Assembly (NCBI GenBank): GCA_003344405.1
Contig: NOWV01000019.1
Coordinates: forward strand, 310,001-374,000
DNA from: Trichoplax sp. H2
Taxonomy: Eukaryota
Length of the DNA stretch: 64,000 bases
Reading direction: 5' to 3'
Shown here one piece after another: positions 55,190 through 64,000 of the stretch (its first letter is position 1; every line of letters starts with the position of its first letter). The notes under the pieces are model-generated. The model had not been told where the DNA came from and did not search any database. It worked only from the letters and a program-made list of their open reading frames with translations. Made by a program: the position numbers and the translations under genes.

Positions 55190-55830
55190 AGCAAGGACTG
55201 CCAGTGAAGAAGAAGATTGGAACGGCAAAAGGAAAATGACACTGGATGTGGCTGACTTGTCGTTCTGGCTGACGTATTGATGGACCGGACTGGTATGACT
55301 CGTCTGTGACTGACGTTACCCAGTACTAGTACAGTACAGTGGCCAGTACACTACTACTACTAGTGGACACGGTAGAGTATGTACTGTAGGTAGTCAAAGC
55401 AAGAAGGTTGGACTGCCAACAGCTTTCGTTGACAAAAATGATTATTATTTATTATTATTATTATTATTATTATAATAATAATCAAGGCGGAGGCTGACTC
55501 TTTAGCTGCTTCTTTCTACTCTACTGTATACCGTATGTAGAATCCTACACGGCGCTTAGACCTGAGAAAGGTTGATCAAGTTGGTTGAGGGATTACTGTA
55601 CTCGAGTCGTCCCTGGCTGGTTGCAGATCTCGATACTGTACTGTACTGTATAGAGGAAAAACGCTGCAAACTACAGTATCTCTTGCCTACGCGTACTGTA
55701 CTGCACAGTACAGTACTGTACTGTACTGTACTGTACACTCTCAAGTTACAGTACTGTGCACTCTGAGTATACACTGTATGTCTTTCGGACTCTTTCCGCT
55801 CCGTCTGTATAGTACTGTAATGGAAGGTGT
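55190..55830 (-). promoter_or_regulatory. Probable DPP4-like 5' UTR/promoter: TGAC(G)-rich patch, (ATT)n microsatellite and (TACTG)n tracts
   Basis: Directly upstream of the ATG|gtaagt exon. TGACG at ~55270 and 55311; (ATT)n/(AAT)n at 55441-55482; tactgtactgta runs at 55634-55765. Confidence 0.5.
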
Positions 55831-55903
55831 ACAGTATGCGAAATGGACTCAGGGCTACGCGACAGTCTTGGAAATCCTTCGCCTGCAATTTATTTACTGT
55901 ACC

Positions 55904-56322
55904 TATTTCCCTATTATAATTATCCTCCACTATCCATCCACAAAGCGATAATCCATCATGTCACTACGGCTAGTGGACAAATGCTCATTTTGCAAACACT
56001 GGCTGTCATTACTGTACAATTGCACTCAAAGTGAACAGTAGGACTACTGTACAGTGTACACGCTGAAATAGCGCTCATTGTTGGAGCTGGCGATGAATAC
56101 AATCAACATGGGCACATTTCCCCTATTAATTATCCTCCACTATCCATCCACAAAGCGATAATCCATCATGCAACTACGCCGAGTGGACAAATGCTCATTT
56201 TGCAAACACTGGCTGTCATTACTGTGCAATCGCACTGAAAGTGAACAGTAGGACTACTGTACACGCTGAAATAGCGCTTATTACTGGAGCTGGCGATGAA
56301 TACAATCAACATGGGCACATTC
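55904..56322. repeat. Two-copy ~210-bp tandem duplication
   Basis: ccctatta..attatcctccactatccatccacaaagcgataatcc...ggagctggcgatgaatacaatcaacatgggcacatt repeats at ~55904 and ~56116. Confidence 0.9.
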
Positions 56323-56944
56323 CAACAGAGTTCACAACACTGCTGGAGCTACTTAACTACTCCATCAAGTTATTTCAAAGTACAACAATTGCTACTTACG
56401 CAGCCTGACCGTGAAAACACAGATTGCTGCTTTGATTGGCGACGAAAGCGCCTGCTTGTCAATGCTACCTACAGTATTGCTCGCTGCAGTACATGCATTG
56501 ATTAACGTATTGTACGCCCATCGATGTTATTCACGCCGTAGTGATTTTGTAAAATGACGGATTTTTGAATAAACGCGGTAACAGTATTACTGGCATACAT
56601 GCAATTCAATACTCCAAACCGGTCGGACCTTCGTGCTAGTCACATCTTTTATTATCGTTTACAGTATATGCGACACCAATACCAAATTGTCAATTCCATA
56701 TTGCAAATTCAATTTTCTTCAACAGCATTGATAATAATGATTCATTCTACTCAATCGAATGAGACAGTATTCAAAAATTGCATAAGTTCATGGTATTGAC
56801 GCTGCTGTAGACGATAAGGAATCAACCAAAGCTATCATATTGTTAACGCAAGGCTTCAGTTCTAAATCAGACTCTGCCTGATCTATTTTCCAATACAAGT
56901 GGTTTACTCAGGTAAACCGTTGCAAACCATTATCTCTACAATGT

Positions 56945-57970
56945 CTAGAAGTGAAAACTATCCAATTCGAAATTACAATTTGTCAACACAATACGGTAGC
57001 GAGCTAAATTTTGATCGATACGCTCAAATGCAGTGTGACAATGATCCACATCCATAGGATAGATCTCTAATTGCGGCGAGATGTTATGCATGCCTGCAAA
57101 ATTTAGCATCTTCTGCATCATTATTGGTGAACCAACGAGAGAACCAACAATGCTTCTTTCCGATCCGATTAATAATCCACCGTTCACTTGAAGGGGCTTA
57201 CTTGCAATACCAATAACAACGAATTTACCTCGAGGTGCTAATAAATTAATATAACTTTCGTAATCGAGGTTTGCACTAACGGTGTTGATGATCATGTCTA
57301 AAGGCTTTAATGACTTCAGCTGATCTGCGTCTTTCGTGACAACGAACTCGTCAGCGCCGAATGCACGAGCTTCTTTTTCCTTGTTAGAACTAGTTGATAA
57401 AGCGACAACTCGACAACCCCAAGCTTTTGCAAATTTAATACCGAGATGGCCAAGACCACCGACACCTAGAATGCCAACGCGGCTTCCAGGTTGAACATTA
57501 TGATTAGCAAGAGGAGCATATACTGTAATTCCGGCACAAAGTAAAGGAGCTGCATCGGCAGATGACATTGTTTCGGGTATATCGTAAAGGAAACGAGAAT
57601 CCCAAACGACATATTCAGCAAATCCACCAGTTGGAGCATTTATAAAATTAGTCTTCTCTGGGCAAATGTGTTGTTTACCATCATTGCAAACGTTGCAATT
57701 TTGGCAAGAACCTAATTGCCAACCTCCACCAACACGTTGGCCTACCTTGAGTTTTACCACACTACTTCCGATTGCAACAATTTTACCAATAAATTCATGA
57801 CCAGGAGCTTTTCCTGCAGGGCAGTAAAAGTCAGTATGGCAAACACTACAGCATTCTATATTCACCAAGACATCGTGAGATTGTAATTGTGGAACATCAA
57901 TTTGTGCCTTGCGAAAAGTTTGCTTTGATACGTCATCAACAACGTAAGCCTCGATTTGTTTGGGAATCAT
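56945..57970 (-). CDS. Zn-dependent NADPH-type aldehyde reductase / cinnamyl-alcohol-dehydrogenase-like MDR, copy 1 (341 aa, no CDS introns)
   Basis: CHTD, GHE, structural Zn C-x2-C-x2-C-x7-C, APLLCAGITVY, GVGGLGHLG, ALSTSSNK and ARYRIVL; resembles E. coli Ahr/YjgB. Confidence 0.93.
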   Translation of the reverse strand: MIPKQIEAYVVDDVSKQTFRKAQIDVPQLQSHDVLVNIECCSVCHTDFYCPAGKAPGHEFIGKIVAIGSSVVKLKVGQRVGGGWQLGSCQNCNVCNDGKQHICPEKTNFINAPTGGFAEYVVWDSRFLYDIPETMSSADAAPLLCAGITVYAPLANHNVQPGSRVGILGVGGLGHLGIKFAKAWGCRVVALSTSSNKEKEARAFGADEFVVTKDADQLKSLKPLDMIINTVSANLDYESYINLLAPRGKFVVIGIASKPLQVNGGLLIGSERSIVGSLVGSPIMMQKMLNFAGMHNISPQLEIYPMDVDHCHTAFERIDQNLARYRIVLTNCNFELDSFHF

Positions 57971-60370
57971 ATTGAACCACTACAGAAAAAAAAGAGTTCG
58001 ATCGACCGTTTAATTAATTACTGCTAAAAATGGATTCTTTGCATATGAGCCTATTTGCTTAGTCATGATAACACTGCATATCAGTAGTTCAAAACTAAGA
58101 GTGACCTTTTCTACGAGCATCTGACCTTTTCCCATGCAAATAAACTTCAATGAGTAATGAATTATAATTATTCATGAGAACATGAAATCATATACAACCG
58201 TACAGCACTTACTAAGTACACAGTTTAAGAATCTCAAGCAAGTTGTAAGGTATAGATCATCCTAGAATGCCGCAGTAGGAAGGTATTTTAATCTTACATT
58301 TCTCAATCATAAATTAATTCAAATTTCGAAAGGGAAGTATGATAGAAGTAAGTAATTTTATTATAATGCCTCCGTCAAATAAGAATTTAAAAGTAATTTA
58401 CAGTGTCCACATTTCATTATACTGTATGCATGAATATCACACGAAAAAATAATGTACATGTTACCGTTACGAACAGCAAAGATTAGGTTAAATACTTGAA
58501 TTGCTTCAATTTTACAATTCAATGCCCAAGCTATAAAGGCAACTGCTAGTCACGATTGGATTGATTCTTTAATTTGTGCCATTAATGCCCTATCAAGTAA
58601 GTGGGTGGTTCGCCTTAGATAAGCCTTTTTTTTTAGAGTACTGTACACTAGGCCACGTTAGTGTACTCTTATAAATACGCCTATAATAGTAAATCTAAGA
58701 ATATTCATTGCTCTATCTAATTAATTGAAGCAATATTCGTTCATTGAGAGTCTCGCCATCACTTTACTTTTACGATACTTCTACTATGCAATAGAATATA
58801 GGATCATTACTACATGAGATATCAAGGGACTGTTATTAACTCAATTAGTCAACAAATTTCCCTTATCATTTCCACTCATCAGATAAACTATTCGTTATTA
58901 TTATTTTACTGGTACCAGTCAAATTACAGTAAAAGGCTAAAATTACCGTAAAATGATCATAAATAAACAAATACGCCTTATTCTATCTGGAATGCATAAT
59001 TTATAGATTGGATGAAGGAAAAGTAACAATGCGATCAGGTGTACACTGTCCAATACTACTGTAAATTAGAAGAGTGATGGATTATGATAGGCATATACCT
59101 GCGGATAGATTAGATAATAAAAGTACTATATAAACAAACACAGTCGGCACTAATCTGCAAGAAAAACAAGCCAAATTAGAACCATGACAGTGTTCCAATG
59201 TGCATACTTGTCCAAGATAGATATCGTCACAGATAAAGCCGTCTAGTACTAGTGTAGAGGAGAGCCGACAAAAATGCAAGCCGTAGAGAATTCCATTGCA
59301 ATCTTAAATAGATCATTTCCTTTTTTATTAATTTCCACAATTGCTGCCAATTACTAATGTAACAACTGTTTTATTGATCTTAAGTACTGAATATCACAAA
59401 TTGTTCTCTTATCACAGCTTGAGAGGAAACATTTAACAGAGAAGTAGCACAATATCATAAATCCTATCATGTTATGCTCGATATCTCTATAATGGTAATC
59501 TGCAATCTGAGCATTGCATAGTATGAACAAGTATCTCTATTGTAGCCTGACTGTAAAGTCGAATGATTGTAAGCAGGCTTATTTTTTCATGAGATTACCT
59601 ACTTGTATATAGAATATAAATAATTTTAGAAATTTAAGAAGAATAAGAAGGTAAATTGCAAACATTTAAACTTAACTTGATAAATTTATCAAGACGGGCT
59701 ATTTATTGGTGATCATACTGCTTAGTCTTTATCTGAGCTGATCAATTACGAACCAATTGGCAGCTGCAAAACGTCTAAAGTAGCGCAGTTAACTAGAGAT
59801 TACAGTAGTCTATGAATACCAGTTATTGATTGAAGATCAAATTGACTAGTCAATAGCTATCCGAAGGGACAATAAAGCAATCTTTCTAGGTTTCCTGTAG
59901 CGATGTTGCCTTGAATTATATTTGAATACTGACGATATGCATAGTACCGTACTTCTCTTGACATATGTACTATAATTACTGCTACCCCCAGCGAAGAATG
60001 CTAAAGATATTTAGTGGATGTTGAACAGATTTATTAAGATATCGAGAATGAAAAGCAGACAGCAAATTACAGCATTAGAGTATCTGCTAATCCAGAGCGT
60101 ACACAATAGTATGAATGAACAGAACATCAACTTTAAATTCATTATTAATTATTAATTTAATTAAGTTGGGCAAATTTGACTATCGAGGTTATTAATTTTC
60201 TCTTATAGTTATACAGCATATGAGCGCTCGTATACAGATCAGATCCAAATTTAAATTCTTTCAGGTAACAAACACAGGATATCTAGTTAAGATCGTATTG
60301 ACTACAGTTAATCAGCAAGAATTAATTGAAACTTTTTACCTGTTAATGTCATTCATGTACCTCTACGAAA

Positions 60371-61384
60371 TTAATCCGATTTGAAATTAGAATTCGTCAA
60401 CACAATACGGTAGCGAGCTAAATTTTGATCGATACGTTCGAATGCAGTGTGACAATGATCCACATCCATAGGATAGATCTCTAATTGCGGCGAGATGTTA
60501 TGCATGCCTGCAAAATTTAGCATCTTCTGCATCATTATTGGTGAACCAACAAGAGAACCAACAATGCTTCTTTCCGATCCGATTAATAATCCACCGTTCA
60601 CTTGAAGGGGCTTACTTGCAATACCAATAACAACGAATTTACCTCGAGGTGCTAATAAATTAATATAACTTTCGTAATCGAGGTTTGCACTAACGGTGTT
60701 GATGATCATGTCTAAAGGCTTTAATGACTTCAGCTGATCTGCGTCTTTCGTGACAACGAACTCGTCAGCGCCGAATGCACGAGCTTCCTTTTCCTTGTTA
60801 GAACTAGTTGATAAAGCGACAACTCGACAACCCCAAGCTTTTGCAAATTTAATACCGAGATGGCCAAGACCACCGACACCTAGAATGCCAACGCGGCTTC
60901 CAGGTTGAACATTATGATTAGCAAGAGGAGCATATACTGTAATTCCGGCACAAAGTAAAGGAGCTGCATCAACAGATGACATTGTTTCGGGTATATCATA
61001 AAGGAAACGAGAATCCCAAGCGACATAGTCAGCAAATCCACCGATTGGAGCATTTATAAAATTAGTCTTCTCTGGGCAAATATGTTGTTTACCATCATTG
61101 CAAACATCGCAATTTTGGCAAGAACCTAATTGCCAACCTCCACCAACACGTTGGCCTACCTTGAATTTTTCCACACTACTTCCGACTGCAACAATTTTAC
61201 CAATAAATTCATGACCAGGAGCTTTTCCTGCAGGGCAGAAAGAATCTGTGTAACAAACACTACAGCATTCTATATTCATCAAGACATCAAGAGGCTGTAA
61301 TTGTGGAACATCAATTTGTGCCTTGCGAAAAGTTTGCTTTGACGCATCATCAACAACGTAAGCCTCGATTTGTTTGGGAATCAT
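60371..61384 (-). CDS. Zn-dependent CAD/Ahr-like reductase, copy 2 (337 aa, no CDS introns)
   Basis: Near-identical to copy 1, with CYTD in place of CHTD. Confidence 0.93.
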   Translation of the reverse strand: MIPKQIEAYVVDDASKQTFRKAQIDVPQLQPLDVLMNIECCSVCYTDSFCPAGKAPGHEFIGKIVAVGSSVEKFKVGQRVGGGWQLGSCQNCDVCNDGKQHICPEKTNFINAPIGGFADYVAWDSRFLYDIPETMSSVDAAPLLCAGITVYAPLANHNVQPGSRVGILGVGGLGHLGIKFAKAWGCRVVALSTSSNKEKEARAFGADEFVVTKDADQLKSLKPLDMIINTVSANLDYESYINLLAPRGKFVVIGIASKPLQVNGGLLIGSERSIVGSLVGSPIMMQKMLNFAGMHNISPQLEIYPMDVDHCHTAFERIDQNLARYRIVLTNSNFKSD

Positions 61385-63509
61385 TCTGCAGTATGTTAGA
61401 AATGATCAAGTTCGATCGATCGCTAATTAACCCTTCTATCTCTCTTACTTATTACTGGGCTACTATTAAAAAAATACGCTAGTGCTACTTTATATACTGA
61501 ATTTATCAACAGCATATGACTACGGTGAACTTTCAGCGCGTATGTCACATTTTTGCAGACAAAAAATATCACTGGGTTAGTAATAAAAATAATTGCCCTG
61601 TGCATTACACCAATTCAGTTTAGTCATAGACTAGTGCAAAACTTAACCACTGTGCAATGTGTGGACATGCTTACAGAGACGGACGAAGACGGACCAGATC
61701 ATAGGCATAGAGGGCAAAATATTGTAATAGAAGGTTTTTGTAACCCAGAACCTAAACTCAATTGAAATTTATTTCAAGAAATTAAGTTGTCGAGTAGCAG
61801 TAAAGGACTAAAGTGATTTTAAAATGACACTAAATAACCAAATCTTTTTCCATTTACAGTAAATACGTACCGTACACAATACGGGCATTGGATGAAAGAA
61901 TATTTGTAATATAATCCGAGCTGATATACTACTGTAATATGATTAGACAAGTAATGAATTAAGATAGGTACATAGGATAGCTGCCTATCAATTAGACAAC
62001 GACACAACTACTGTATGCTCATAAACAAGACAATCAACACTAACTTATGCACAGACACAGGCCAAATAAGATCCTTAGCAGTTTCGTAATATGCATGCAC
62101 GATCTATGATAGATGTCATTGCAGATTATATCATCTGATCCATATTTTCCTTTTACCTCTCACTAGGCTTAGGAGTTTTAAGAAACCTCCTTAACATCAC
62201 TGTTAATTGATATCGTTACCTAAGTGAACTGCGAAAATGATATAATTAATTGAAAAATAGAAGGAGTAAATGACCAATAGCGTTCGAAAATTATAAGCGA
62301 TTAATCCAGTTTTGATAGTGCAATTATTGGTTGATGTAATTAACAAACAATTCTACGAGTAGTTAATACTGACTAGAAAATAAATCTATGCATTTTGCAA
62401 TATCGTGCTCATCTTTAGTTGTAGTTTCAGTAAAGATGATGTAAAATTCTATACATATACAATAAATATCACCTCACAAACAACATTACATTTTAATCAA
62501 ATGATTATATCGAAGCCGTTCATCATATTGAAACCTAACCTTACAAATTACTCATAAGTAATTATAATTTTAAAGTTTCAATAATATGTAAAATTAGTAT
62601 AGTTAAATAGGCTTGATTATGAATACTAGGCCATTTATTAGGGGTTAAAACTAAAAAGTACCATCCGTCCGAGAATGAAAATCACAAGCAATTAAATCAA
62701 TGTTGATATACTTGATTTATCAAGATGAGCTATTCAATGGTGGTCAGATTGTCCAGCCGGTATCCAAACTGACAAATTGCAAACAAATTGACAGTTAGTC
62801 GTTTACCGACCATGGCAGATGTTAATATACTATTGTGTGAAGCAAGGAAGGTTCTAAATTGAGTACAGTACCAGCTACCGTAGTAGCTATATCATAGATT
62901 AAAATACAGATCATTAATTAGCCTACTGTTAATAGTTAATTATTTAAGGTACGAACTGATTCCAGGATTGCCAAGGGTTTATTTGTCAGCAAATACTCGG
63001 TATTCCCTATTACATCGACTGATTGTATAACTCTGATTAATATTGAATTTAATGCTCAAACTACATCGTATCACATGCTAGTAAGATTTTTATTATAATT
63101 ATTGCAAAAGTCGTAATACAGTATAGAGTATACAACTCTTTGGCTTCATATTCATCTTTCTTTAAACAAACGATCGAGTATCAAGTACATAGGTAGACAC
63201 AATACTGGATGGAACAAGTGTATCTAAACTTAATTTTTTCAAGATAATGAGCATGAATATCCAATTAAGGCAGTATTTATTATAACTAACCAATAAGAAC
63301 TGATGGAAAATTTTCATTAGTCGATGTTATCTATTCTAGATGACTCAGAATTAATAGAAGCCTTCACTTTGCTCAATTTTTGGATCTAGTTTTTCTAAAT
63401 ACAGTATCTATTTATCATTTCTTCGGATAAACCGCTAAAATAGAGTATCTCTAATATCTAGTATAATAATCGAATAGATTAAAAACGGACAGGCTTAACC
63501 TCTACGAAA

Positions 63510-64000
63510 TTAATCCGATTTGAAATTAGAATTCGTCAACACAATACGGTAGCGAGCTAAATTTTGATCGATACGCTCAAATGCAGTGTGACAATGATCC
63601 ACATCCATAGGATAGATCTCTAATTGCGGCGAGATGTTATGCATGCCTGCAAAATTTAGCATCTTCTGCATCATTATTGGTGAACCAACAAGAGAACCAA
63701 CAATGCTTCTTTCCGATCCGATTAATAATCCACCGTTCACTTGAAGGGGCTTACTTGCAATACCAATAACAACGAATTTACCTCGTGGTGCTAATAAATT
63801 AATATAACTTTCGTAATCGAGGTTTGCACTAACGGTGTTGATGATCATGTCTAAAGGCTTTAATGACTTCAGCTGATCTGCGTCTTTCGTGACAACGAAC
63901 TCGTCAGCGCCGAATGCACGAGCTTCTTTTTCCTTGTTAGAACTAGTTGATAAAGCGACAACTCGACAACCCCAAGCTTTTGCAAATTTAATACCGAGAT
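63510..64000 (-). CDS. Zn-dependent CAD/Ahr-like reductase, copy 3 (5' part beyond window end)
   Basis: Open frame from the window edge (HLGIKFAKAWGCRVV...) to TNSNFKSD*; the visible protein is identical to copy 2. Confidence 0.9.
   Translation of the reverse strand, partial: LGIKFAKAWGCRVVALSTSSNKEKEARAFGADEFVVTKDADQLKSLKPLDMIINTVSANLDYESYINLLAPRGKFVVIGIASKPLQVNGGLLIGSERSIVGSLVGSPIMMQKMLNFAGMHNISPQLEIYPMDVDHCHTAFERIDQNLARYRIVLTNSNFKSD

Noticed and set aside
55556-55930. 124-aa ORF rich in YSTVQ
   Set aside because: Translation of (TACTG)n low-complexity sequence.

Overview
AT-rich, intron-dense eukaryotic DNA from a metazoan. The short introns, low GC and gene content suggest a placozoan such as Trichoplax, but that is an inference. 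Left to right: (1) the 3' ~14.6 kb of a highly divergent IP3-receptor-like (ITPR/RyR superfamily) gene on +, whose pore region lacks the GGGVGD filter and whose C-tail is very short; (2) a two-coding-exon Sp6-9-type zinc-finger transcription factor on -; (3) a ~15 kb stretch with no recognisable gene upstream of it, packed with unrelated degenerate tandem arrays, GATA/TCF/GC-box clusters and a 20-N gap; (4) a 14-exon mitochondrial glycerol-3-phosphate dehydrogenase (GPD2) on -, with a GC-rich promoter-like region and a ~92-bp tandem repeat; (5) a ~28-exon, catalytically intact DPP4-like peptidase on -; (6) at least three tandem, CDS-intronless zinc aldehyde/alcohol reductases resembling bacterial Ahr/YjgB (CAD family), possibly horizontally acquired and homogenised by gene conversion. 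Exon structures were read by eye, so individual boundaries are approximate. No CRISPR array, rRNA, tRNA or autonomous transposon was recognised.
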